A stretch of 64,000 nucleotides of DNA from Basidiobolus meristosporus CBS 931.73. Lineage: Eukaryota; Fungi; Basidiobolomycota. A program made the position numbers and the translations under genes. Positions within the stretch are counted from its first letter, which is position 1, and each line of letters begins with the position of its first letter. Positions 40,512 to 52,798 of this stretch are shown here, in pieces. Location: NCBI GenBank assembly GCA_002104905.1, contig MCFE01000268.1:1-64000 (forward strand), read 5' to 3'. The notes under the pieces were generated by a model, which worked only from the letters and a program-made list of their open reading frames with translations, made no database searches and was not told where the DNA came from.

Positions 40512-43500
40512 TATGCCACCAAAAAATAAAGCCAAGTTGTCTAGTTCCCAACCAAACCTCACTGCTGACAGCAGCAGAAGAACAGTTGGACAACAGCTTG
40601 CTTTGACATTCAGTGCAACAAGTGGGTCTACAACCAAAAAGGCCCTGTGGACAGTGTGCCCACTGAAGGTAATGATGTGGACTCCTTAGGCTCTCAGTCA
40701 AGTAGGCAATTGTGAGTCTCTGCAGAGCTGCAAGCTGATTATAATGCTGAGGCAGATGAGAATATAGCAAAAGCAGTACCTTCACTTGAAGAACAGCAAG
40801 TGGCCTTCAAAACAAAACCACCACCTGCATTTGCATGTATGTTGCCAGCTCATGCCAAAGCATTAATGAGGCAACTAGGTGCAGTGGCTGATAGGATAGA
40901 TGAAATGCCCTAGAAAACTCAGGAAATAGTCCAGAAATAGGATTAGCGGACAAAAGTTGCAGAGCAATCAATATCCCAGGTAGAGAAAGCAGTATCTTTG
41001 CTGCAAAGAAGGAACTCAAGTAGCTCAATCTCACAGCCAAGAATTGAGCTGCCTTGCAATGTAACCGCAGAGGTACACTGTACAGTCTTTGAAGCACCAC
41101 AACAGTGCCCAAAGATAAAGCTCACAGCAAAACCTAATACAGCATGGTAGGGAGAGACTGTGGTGTCTATAACCTAGTCTAAAAATCAAAAGACATTGAA
41201 GATCTGTGAGGCCATTGAGTGCAATGATGAACAGTTGGCCAATATTCAAGAGGCTGTTAGGAGTCTAGCATGCCAACATCTTAAGGCTGGCATACTATGG
41301 GACCATCAGGAACTCAAGGCCAAGCAGAATGTGCTTGACTTGCTCCATGAGCATTATCCTGGATTCAAACAGACAAATGGATTTTGTGCCAGCATTGGTA
41401 TGCTAAGAAAGTGCCTCAAGAATAGCAGAAACTATCAAAGGCAGAAAAACAAGGGTGCAATGGCTAAAAACCAGCAGCTTCCTTAAGAGCCTGTTACAAG
41501 CAGGGCCAAAAGCTCCAAGCAAGCATCAAAGAGACATCAGGTAGCTAAGACACAGATGCATTGGCACAACATTTACCAAGGAAAAGTGTAGTTCCACTCA
41601 TGCAGCACTCAGTCAAAGTTGCAGTGAAGAACCTGGTGGTGATAAAAACAAGTGGCTACTTCAGGAGCCTGTCACAGTATGGGCTGAGAGCTCAGAATAA
41701 GTGGAAAAGAAGCATCAGGTTGCCTGCATAGTGTCAGCAAGGGACAAGCAGGCCAAAACAGATGTATCAGAGCAGCATTTATCAAGGAGTAAATGTAGTT
41801 CAATACAAGAAGTATTCAGAATAGTAGTGGTGAAAGACCTGGCAGTGATAAAGGAAAAGGTAAAGGGAAAAGGTCTTAGCCAGAGAAAGGGAAGCATGAG
41901 AAAAAAGCTGCAGTTCTTGCCAACTAATGCTGTAAGCCTGGAACAGACTGAATCCCATCATTGACAAGAAGAATTACCAACAAAAAAATAGCCATTTTCA
42001 TAGGAGTTGGAAGTGCAGCCAGTTGAGCTACACTCCAGTGAGGTAGATGAGTTTGCAGAGAAAGGCAACTTGTCTACCACAGCCTCCACATCCTTCATTG
42101 TTGACAGAGTGGAGATCCCACTGATAGACAAAGTAACAATGTCAAGAACTCAAAAGGTTATTGCAATGCCTTGGGTGGATTTTAGAACACTAATAGGCGC
42201 TGTGGTGGTGTATAGGTCCAAGGGAGAGATACGTCCAACACTTCTCAAGTGTTTTGTGTGTGGGGTGTTCACTGGGTGCAATAACCTCTGGCAAAAGCTT
42301 GCTAGGAATACTTGGGTTCTGTCTCTAATCTAATGTGAAGGGGAATAAAGCCACAAGCTTGTCAAGGGAAAACTATTGAGCTACAATCCCCAACTTAGTT
42401 GGCGTCTTAACAAAAGTATGTGCTGGGTTCAGCGTCCTTTGAGATGACAATGTACTAAAGCTTCCAAAGTCAAAACAACTGTAAACTCCACCAGCAGGGA
42501 CTTGATAAGAATGCAGCTGTGGTCAATAGTTACAAAGACAGAAAAGTATCTTTGCCTGTACAAGAACAAACTTGGGAAAGAATCAAATATAATAAAAGAT
42601 ACCTACTCTGAGTATTCCTCACAAGTAGTGCCTCCAAGGTCAGTTGGCTGTCAGCGCGGTTTCCTGGGGGTGTCCTGTGGTCTAGGGTTGGAAGTTCAGG
42701 TAGCAGCAGGTAGCAGTGATCACACTAATCAACAAGTTGGTATATTGATAAAAGGGATGATGATTTATTGTTGAGGGATAGCCTCCCTTATATACTTTTC
42801 TTACTGGCTAAGTGATTACTAATCATGGTGTTCCAGAAGGTTCCGGATATCAATAGAAATCTTAATGACATCAGAATGACCTAAGAATGTTCTAAGTAGG
42901 TGCCGGAAGGTTCTAAGAGGCACAGCACATCCAACCAATCAGGAATCAGTATTCTGAAACCTGTGTAACATGGGGATACCATATATGGTATGGAAATGGT
43001 AGGGATGGTGACACGGGTTGATCATGTGTCACGGGTACTGGCGTGGGTACTTGCCTAATATAGAAGCACTTGTAACTAGTAATCTTACATAAAGTGAGGG
43101 GTAACTTATGCAATAGGGTAAGCAGGTGTGATAGTCAACCGGCTTATGGGATAGTACTGATTGGGTAAGACAAATGGGATAAAACTAAAATGAGCGTAGT
43201 AGGGATATAGGGAAGTAGAAAATAAGGGAATGAGCACATCTGTCAGTGGGTGTCACTGTCACCCCACTACAGCGCACCAAGAGGTTGCAGCACTTCTTTA
43301 AGAGCATTGCACATAAAGATGCAGTTGAATATTACAAGTATTTATTGCAATGACTGGCAGAAGAGGTGCTAGACCCTGCAGTGCCAGCTGAAGACCAGGA
43401 TGTATGGGAACCAGTGATTGAACAATGGTGTAAAGCCATAGGGTTCCCACCAAAGTTATGGAAACTGAGTGTTACAGCAGAAACACCTATTGCAGTGGAA

Positions 43501-43520
43501 TTTAATGGAGCTACTTGTTG
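40512..43520 (+). pseudogene. Long decayed ORF of unknown family, split by the solo LTR at 42201-43271
   Basis: Fragments MPPKNKAK..., WDHQELKAKQNVLDLLHEHYPGFKQTNGF...CLKNSR and TKRLQHFFKSIAHK...WEPVIEQWCKAIG read as one frameshifted protein. CpG-depleted. Confidence 0.45.
42201..43271 (-). mobile_element. Solo LTR (1071 bp) with perfect 4-bp TSD GCGC
   Basis: Minus-strand TG...CA termini; GCGC at 42197-42200 and 43272-43275; homologous to 36664-37352. Confidence 0.9.
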
Positions 43521-43989
43521 AGTGTGGAGTTGGGCTTAATGTTAGTGTAGGTTAAAGGGACTTGAATAGGTCAATACAACTGGCAATTGAGGTACAACTG
43601 AAGTTTCAATGGAAATAAATCAATTGGTATGCATGAAAAGTAAGAGAAATGGTTGAGTCAGGAAGTAAGGAGTGTGAAAAAGAGGCAAAAGCCAATCAAT
43701 GCACACAAACATAGGTGGTGATTGAGTGTCCAGGATCAGAATGTGAGAAAATGGGCAGAGAACCAATCAAAAGCCACTTTTGTATTATTGTGATGAAAAT
43801 TTTGACCAAGTTCTTTGTGAAATCTGGGGTGCAATTATTTTTTGACAGTCTTTGCATAGTGTCCTGATGGGAACAATACCTCTTAGTCACAGGACTTAGA
43901 ACTTGTGACAGCCTTTTGATGGGATCATCACAATAATTTTTCATAGGGGTAGTTAAACAGGCTATTAATACACAACTGGAATTGCTGAT

Positions 43990-44690
43990 ATCTGCTTACA
44001 ATACACTTGGTAGGATTCTGAGCAGGAGCTTTATGGATACTCTGATGCATATTAGGGACAAAATTCCTAAGACAGAAGATCTACCATATGATGCACCTTT
44101 CTTTACTGTAAAAGTAGAATTTCATGGTATTCAAGAAAGCAGCATACAGTGACAGTTTCCATTACAGTGACTGAGTATGTGGCAGCCTGTGAGGCAAAAA
44201 AAGATGCGTGGCTTAGAAGGCTCTTTAAAAACTGATACTTATGTTAGAAATATTCTACTACAGCATTTCAGGATAGTCAATAATGTTCACAGATAAGTAA
44301 AGATCCCACTTTTTATGCAAGAACTGTGAGCTCTGATATTCAAAATCATTGCCTATTGGAAGTCAAAAAAATAGCTTAGTTAGCTTAGCATTTTGTCCTT
44401 CTGACAAAATGCTTGCACACTATTTCATAACATCATTGGCTTAAGACCAGCTTGAGTATCCTTGATCTTGAATAGGACTAGTTATTATGAGCATATAGCT
44501 GAGTGGGAGTGTTGTATATTTTGGTCTTGAAACCTGAAAATTGACCACATATGGTCTCTTAGATTGTAGTATACAATTCTTAGCAAGCTCTGATCAAATT
44601 TCCAGTTGGTATTTATCTAGAGTATATTCACCTCAATATTAGGTGCCCTGAGCATGAAAGAACTCAAAGTTGTTTAAACAGCTCTAAACA
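43990..44690 (+). pseudogene. Copia RNase H fragment + PPT + truncated 3' LTR
   Basis: LYGYSDA...RRST...ISWYSRKQHTV...TEYVAACEA motifs; GCTGAGTGGGAG-TGTTG at about 44499-44515. Confidence 0.8.
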
Positions 44691-44695
44691 TTAAC

Positions 44696-45120
44696 TATGA
44701 GAAATCTCAAATTAGAGTTCATTGAATCTTTAGCTTGAGTTCAGCTGTTTTTCTGATGGTAATTTGCTAGTATTCAGCTGCTGTTTATGCTTCAGAGGTT
44801 CAGTTGCAATCTTTGGTGGGCCTCATGGGCAGCTGTTTACCAAATTTGGTATGAAAGCTAGTTTGCCCAGTCTCCCCCTGGAAAGGATGTTGGCAATATG
44901 TAGGAAAGCTAGTTCTTAAGATACAAGGAGTTGTCACTTTTGTGAAAGTGGAAATCCATCTTAAAATAGGATGGTATTCTGCTGATCTTTTCAGTTTTTT
45001 TCTAAGGATTTGCATGCATGTTTTTGAGCTCTTCTCAAGCATATCAGATGTGTCCTTTCTGCCATAACTATGTAGAGGTATAGATAGTACTTATGCACTC
45101 AATAAAGCATTAAGTTAAAA
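44696..45120 (-). repeat. Dispersed repeat family X, copy 3
   Basis: Shares CTATGAGAAATCTC...CCCCTGGAAAGGATGT with 39310-39740. Confidence 0.65.
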
Positions 45121-45869
45121 CCAAATTGACTACTTGCATTCCTATTCACTTGTATATCTCCAAACTCTTTCAACACTTTGCAAGGCAAACATACATGATA
45201 TGCTGAAGAAGGCCCCAACATATATATGCAGAGTTGAAGGCTTTTTGGATAACTTGGAAATCCTAATAACCTCAATATGTGATATTTTGGTGAATATTAT
45301 AAGTGCACCCTACCAGTAATCTGGTTAGAACTCTCTATACTTTGAAGACTTTAATATAAATGAAGTAAGGGCAATATTTAGGCTTAACTTCAAAATCACA
45401 TCAACATCTGTAGATTGTGCTCACTGCTTCTGAAAGTCACTTCTGACGGATGCTTTTAGAGTACCATACTTTGCCAGTGCTCAACAGTAGAGTAAGCAAG
45501 TGAAATGTGCTACCTGTTGCTCTTCATGATACTGTTGCTATCTAATGCAGTCATTTCATAGTATTTGTTCTTTCTCATAGATAAGACAGATATTGAACTA
45601 TGTGAAGATAGCATAGAGGCACTGTGCCAACAGGTTCTTAGAAAGCTTGCAGCTAGCTCCATTCTTGCATTCCACAGCTCCTCATTGCCACCTAGATTAC
45701 TTACATCCTGGAGGATATTGAATATCACATTGTATTTGGTGAGTGAATATCATCTAACTAACTGACTCTCCCAATAACTTAAAGAACCTATGAGACTCTT
45801 GTAATACGTTAGAGGCCCCAGGTTGTCACTCTTTCAAGTGTTTACTACTAAGTTATTTCTCTTTGTGGC

Positions 45870-46060
45870 TATTTTCCATATATATTGATACTTTTGACTT
45901 CAAAATTGTAACTTCGGATCACCTAAATGCCCCAAATTTGCTATACATCACCTCATGGCTATCCCAACATCAGTATTATTAGTATGGTGCATTCCATGAT
46001 AGCAATTTCCGTATCAGTAAACTAGCAAGTGAGAACCCTGCGTTCTTTTAGATGCTGAAT
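45870..46060 (+). pseudogene. Possible hAT transposase C-terminal (dimerisation) remnant
   Basis: Fragments PKFAIHHLMAIPTSV and GAFHDSNFRISK loosely resemble the hAT LAIPATS...ERxFS motif. Weak. Confidence 0.25.
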
Positions 46061-49000
46061 GGAATTATGTGACTTGCTTGGCTTTGAATAGTTGTTTGTT
46101 ATTGAAAACCTGCGCTTCAACAGCTGATGAGCAATTTGTATCAGTTGGGGGGGAACATGTGAGATCAGGAAGAATATAGTGTTTGAGATCTATAAAACAT
46201 TGGGCTAAGCACATTGCGCCTGTATATAACACTAAGCAGCTAAACAATTCAGTTGAATATCAATATACTTCAACATTTTCGAGGCTCATTAATATATCGT
46301 GGGGACATTGAGACAGCATCAAAGAATGAGCATTGCCATAAGCCATCCATTCCAAAAAGATCCCTTCTAAGAGTAAGTTATTCGCCATTGGATCGAGATT
46401 TGGCTTAACGAATAGAAGTCAGAGCTTATCTAGAGGTAAATGACGTTAGAAAGAGGTCGACGTAAATTAGTAATTCCCTGCTAGAAAAGATGACGGATTG
46501 AATCGCATCACACAGCTCTAATATTGCATGCATTCATCTACTAGATTCATGAGACATTTTCTCAATAGCATCTATGACTCGTTTCACATCCCCACCCCAA
46601 TGAAGGTTATTCGATTCAGATCAGAAATTGATGTCCAGTATGCCCGAAAGCAAGTACAGATATCGGACGGTTGCAGAATTCACGGATCCATTGCGAAAGA
46701 GCCATTTATTCGAGCACCGAAACCTCAAAGTGCTACAACCGTGACTACGCTATTGCCAACGATTAATGCGCCATATGTATTGGCAAGTGCAGAAGAGATA
46801 ACTAGGTTGTCTACGGTAAAGATAGAGTTGTTAGTATCATATTTGATTGACAAGTGTTACACCACCGCTAAACACTCGAAGCGAACCAGTATTGCGGTCG
46901 TGTGAATGGCTCTACGGGCCAAGGATACTTTTTTAAGCGTCAACAACATCTAGTCGAGACTGGTCTGAGCTACGGAAGGAGGAGAAACTCATGCACACAC
47001 TCTCTGATCAGACATATATAGGCCATTATTGCTGGGGAACCTGATCAGTGGTACGAAACAACTCCGTCTCCAAGTAATAGATGTTCTTGGGTTAGGTATT
47101 GAGACATAACTCCCCGCTCCGGCTTAATGACTCTGCAGTTCTGATCCCATCAATCCATCCCGTGCTCCATCAGCAGTCATGTTCACGATGATCAAGAGGA
47201 TACATCGAGCTACATGGGGACACCGAAGCATCTATGGAGCCTCAACAACTCTCGCCATTTGTTTACCATCTTGAGGTGGGAGAGGTCCATGGGTTTTGCG
47301 AGGAGAATCTGGACTGATTCTTGGTGAGATGCTGCTATAGATTAAAAATGTATATAGTTATATAGACTTCCGACCCCATTGAGTGGTGAGGAAGAGAGAT
47401 CAGGATCTTGGTGTCCTCCAAGGTGGGCGAACGCTTGTGTCCCTATACCTGACTCTAACGAAGTGACAGACCTAACCTCCCAGCTGATACCTCATCTGTG
47501 GCATATATGAAGCCACCACCACTCACATCAGTTGCCCCTAATCCGCTTTGGATTATGGTTCCTCCGGTATGCCTGGGCACCGTATGCAACAAAAGTGCCA
47601 CCTTTGAGTGCTATCAGGCCATACAATATCTCCAGTCAAAGATAATCCTTGGTTTGTTTATGATGATCCTATGCAATCGCCTTGCTGAGCTCATCTGGTG
47701 ATCTAACCATCATGCTGCCTTTGAAGCCAAATAAACCATACAATTCTCGCGGATTGTATCGAACCTACGTTATTAGAGGTATTACTTCGGAATAGGACCA
47801 AGAAATACCTGTCTGCTGTTGGCTTGTTGAAATAGAAAGGCTAGCTGACGCTCCACAGCAGCACTGGTGGATCTATATTCAGGCCAATAATGCCCTGCTC
47901 TGGCCACCCTAACCCTGGCTATTCCAACTTTTGAACACACGCATGATTGGTTTATCATCCTGGGTGAGAGATGCTTTTGCTATTCGTGGATGTGCCGTAC
48001 CTTACAGCATGATCGGTACTGGCCTCACTCAGGATTGGTATACATGATACATATGAGAACCTGGGGTTATGGCACCTGCTATCAAGCATAGCATTTCTCT
48101 ATGTAGGCATCACCCACTCAGGGAACAACTCATAAGTCAGGCTGTACCTGGCTTGGTGGATGCACATCATGCTGAAGAATCCATCGTTTTCTTGGGCCTT
48201 GCACCATCTAGAGCTAATCCAGCATAAATCCGCTTGGCACCTAGCTCCATACATACATACATGCAATCATTCCCAAATCAATGGTTTTAAAGTTGGGAAG
48301 TCAGCCCATCTGCACCTGAGTGGCCAATTATCAACAGCGAAACAAGTTGGCCCCATCTTATTTCCAAAATCATGCTAAACATAATGAACGATTGTCATCG
48401 TACAGCCAAGCCATGAAGATGGCGTGGAGTTCATCTAATTGCAACAACCAACAATACACATTGATTTCATCGTGACCCAACGGAATGAGATCATCGTACA
48501 GCAATCTCTTATTTGGTCAGAACCGCAACCTCCTAAACTTCCAAATAATGCCAACGTCGGCGTGATTCGCAATGTATTACACAGGAAAATTCCTGATCTG
48601 AGGCAGCCGCTGTAGCACCATCGCCAAGAGAAAGCACCGGAATCACTCCAGGTATACCCTGCGAATACAAATGTACAATGCGCTCAGGACCCATGATTGA
48701 AACCATTTGGGAAACATTACAATAGGCGTTTGCTTATCGACTGATCAAGTATGCCAACTGCTCCCAAGTATGGATATCATCTAAATTCCATGCCCAAAAG
48801 CGGTGTCCAGCATAATTAAATTGCGATCCAACATGCCTCCAGTGAACCTCTTGTCTGAAATATACATTAATTGGACCCCGATTCACCACTTGGTAGTAGC
48901 TGCGTCCCATTGGCCCAACCCTTCCACATGGACCTAGGAACCATTGGATCAACTCTTTCGAACCATTTTCTGGTGACGAACAAACAAAGTCCCAATTACC

Positions 49001-50066
49001 CACAATCTGCCTCAGCCTGCAGATCAAGAGCAATGCGGTACCCAGAGGCGATATTTGGGTGGAATCCAAAAGGGGCATTGGACATGGAAATTATTTTCTT
49101 GTGGGCATTCCCTGTAGAGTCAGCTGTCCTTAGGCTGGCAACCTGTCAACCCTGTACCTTGCAAAAGGATAAAGTGATTTACGAGTTTGACCATAGGATT
49201 CTGAGGCACCCTTATTCAATGAGATGGCATACCTCCTGAAGAAATGTGCTCCAACTCCATACTTGTTTTACACGACACAGGATTCCGATTGAGCCATTAC
49301 ACCTAGCCCCGTGGGCAGCTGGTTGGTTGGCTGCCATGTCAAAAGTAGGTTGAGAGGAAAATATTAGCAATGATGCCGTTGAATCTTACAACTGATCTCA
49401 TTCGAGATTGCTCACCAAGCAAGCTGAGAGCGTTGCATTGTTCCCAGCACCATAATGTGGCAATAGCTTAGCAAATAAAGCGGTGACATCAAGAGGAGCG
49501 TCATCTACCCTGCTCCTGGATCAATTGATAGCTCAATCATACCCTTTGCACATGGTAGAGATTGGATTCTCCCACATTATATGAGGGCTCATCAACGTTT
49601 ATTAGACATGCTATTGAGTCAGTGAATAGGTTCGAGGAGCTCAGTAAAATGAGCAGGTTGCATGTTGACGAAATCCAATTCTAAAGCAAATTTCCTAGTG
49701 GATGGAATTTATGATATGGACAATCCTGTGTCCCCTGAGCCCCGTCTATCTTCCTAGATCGATTGGCTACTGCGTCAAATACTCCACCTGTGCATATCAT
49801 ATGTAGAGTGGCTCTTGAAGCTTATTTCAAGTGGCTCATTCCTAATTGGGATACCAATCGTCCACCTTGCTAGTTGAATGGGATGGAAGCATGGAAGTCC
49901 TGCTATTGGTCGAATTAATATCCATTTCGGGAATGTTGGTGGTTTCCTTACATCCTATTCTATTTTCAGCTCCATATAAGCTTCTTATCCTCCAGCTCCT
50001 CCCACTTGGATTTCGCTTTCGTTCAATTCTCTTCTCTTGCATTTCCCTGTATATTCCACATACACG

Positions 50067-50276
50067 ATGGCGCTCACACCAAATTCCATCTCCCCAGTGG
50101 AGTCCGTGAATTCCAACAACCAGACAACACTATCACGATGTAAGAAGCTTGTGCGCTTCAGTCGTTTCGAGAAGGTCTTTCTTACACACTCGGCTGACGA
50201 GTACGATCGCCGCTCAATATTCTCACCTCCACTTCCTGCTCAGCACACTCAGCTGTACCAAACACCCTGCTTTTGA
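50067..50276 (+). CDS. 69-aa microprotein with a neurabin/Bni4-type PP1-docking motif
   Basis: KLVRFSRFEKVFLTHSADEYDRR; ATG at 50067 follows a pyrimidine-rich leader. Confidence 0.7.
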   Translation: MALTPNSISPVESVNSNNQTTLSRCKKLVRFSRFEKVFLTHSADEYDRRSIFSPPLPAQHTQLYQTPCF

Positions 50277-51093
50277 AAACCATATTTCACTATTATTGCC
50301 GAGGGCCACCTACCAACAAACATGCTTATAACGACTTCCTGGAGCTTCCGTATAAGCTTTCCTTGCGCACCAAGGTCGATTATTAGAACCTCTACTTTGG
50401 AAAATCTCTGGTTCATTTTGTAAAGTACTAAGCGCGCCATACACCCTAATATAGGCCTTTCTTGCCATCTCAACATAAATACCTACTACCACACTGTAAA
50501 TCACAAATGTAAATAATCTAATAATACATGCAAACTACATTAATTTACCACCTAAATCGTTCAGCTTAATCTTAACTTGATAAATCATGACAGTTAGACA
50601 CCATGGGCTACCCCTGGGCAACCATTCAGGCTTACTCGTATGTAGAAGCTTGTGACTAGCGAATAAATATACCCTTACAATCCAGCTGTAAGCGGTCCTT
50701 AGCGCAAGTGGATTGATTGGGCCGCAGATTTCAGGGGTTCTTGTTGGCTATTCGCCCCTCCTCCCCCAATGATAGCTCGAGTTGGCGGGCACAATGGTCG
50801 AGTGGAGTTCAAACAAAAATAATTGTAGTAAGTCATTGATGGAGAGCAATATACGAGAATGGCAATGGGGGATGCCTCGTAGCGATTGGTCACAGCCAGC
50901 ACGCTGGTGACCTTCGAAAAAAAAATCAACACGCAGTGCTGCAAATGGCCGGTGGTGTTTTTTATTCCGTATCGAGTATTTCGCGACTGCACAATCCTAT
51001 AAATATCACGGTGGTCTCGCGCATCGAGGGATTGCTCATATTATCCCGCACCTGCCATTGTACACTATATACATCGCCCCACTAATCAATATT

Positions 51094-52104
51094 ATGGAAG
51101 TAGATTATAACCTCCCCCATACATCTTACAACAACAAGCGTCGCTATTTGCACGACGAGTATGTGATGTCGGAATACCACGACCAATATTCCATGCTTTC
51201 AAATTTCCTAGGCCAGCCACTGATGGAGGCTGAGTGTTCAGGGATATGGGTGCGTAATCTGAGCTTCAAGGCACTTCGGAACCTCAACCTAAGTTTGGAG
51301 AGTGGCTCGCGGTGTGTGTTATTGGGGGCCAACCCCGAGGAAAGAGAAACATTGCTGCGTATACTTGCAGGAAAGCATTTGGTGAAGCATGGGTCGGTCA
51401 AGGTGTTCGGGAAAGATGCGTTTGGTACGAACAGCAATGTAAGTGAGTCCATTATTGAATCGCCCAGCTTGTGGATGCTTATATTGCATTGGTTTTTCAG
51501 AGTGTGGCGTATCTAAATTCAGAATGGCTTTCCAATCCCCTGATCCAGAGAGACTTGCTTGTTGACGAGTTGATTCACTATTTGGGGGGAGACAGATACC
51601 CTGATCGACGGGATTTGCTGCTGAACTTAATGAATGTTAGTCGGCATTGGCACATGCACAAAATCTCGGCCTCCGAGCGTTTACGCGTTCAGATAGTACT
51701 ACGCCTGTTGCAACCTTGGCAAGTGCTGCTCATAGATGAGGCGAGTTTGCCATTGGAGCAAGACACTCTTCAGCTGTTGCTAGAGGTAATAAGATGGGAG
51801 ACTGAAGAAAGAGGAGCAATTGCGATATACAGCAGTACTCGCGTCCATGGTATGGCCCTTCAGATGCATTTACGGCCGTATTTGTGACTAATAATGATGG
51901 TTTGTAGGCTTGGTAAATTGGTGCACACACTTTATGCGACTAGAGGATGGTCATGTGATGGAGTTTCATGATCGGGTATCCGCCATCAATATCACCAGTC
52001 GTCAAGTCTCCTGGCAGTATAAATCGCCCTTGATGAGACTTTTGGATAGCGAACTCCAACACCAGGCTGGTGACAACGAGTACAAGAAACGATGCCGAGT
52101 GTAG
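51094..52104 (+). CDS. Caf16-like soluble single-domain ABC protein with degenerate catalytic motifs, 3 exons
   Basis: VLLGANPEERETLLRILAGKHLV, WHMHKISASERLRVQIVLRLLQPWQVLLIDE and GLVNWCTHF match the Caf16 layout. Introns at 51439-51500 and about 51850-51907. Confidence 0.8.
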
Positions 52105-52798
52105 TAGCGGGCGGTGGCTCGCTAGTCATGTATAGATAAAGTCCTCGACTGGTAGTTCACACGTATGCTGAATTAATCCGATCCCCTACCACCTATTTCC
52201 TTGTCCAAAAAAAAACCCTCTCCTGTTCCTATATATCTGCATTTACAATCCACAAAATCTAGACCTCAAGAATAAACCGCTTTTCTCCTTGCGCTCTATG
52301 CAAATGGAACTAGTTTGCTGGCAGCGGGATGGCATCCCTTATCCATTCCCATTACATATTTAGGAATAGATTATTCCAAACTGCTGATACGTGCCATCCT
52401 TGACATTGATATTCCAAAAATGGTAAATTCGTCTTGACCAGTCGAAGCTTTGTGAGTGCGGTTCTAGTGCTTGACTAAAGGCTAACTTGATGTAACTACG
52501 CTCAAATATACCCAAAATCAGCAAAGGTGGAGCTTCGTATTTGCTACGAAAAAGGCAAGGAATGCACAAGCGTCGAAATAGAAATTCCGTGGTGTTCTGC
52601 TATGGTACTCTAAACACATGATAACCTTTGCGGTGTATCTCTTGACCCACTTAAAAGCGGTGCACAGCCTACTTGGGCATTATGCCTCATCGTTGTAAAA
52701 AACATTGTCCGTCTATTTTGTTCGTGTCATATTGAATGATCATTCTTCTGCAACACTAGCGCCTATATTATAGCATATTCTCAGCCAGTTGAACTTTC

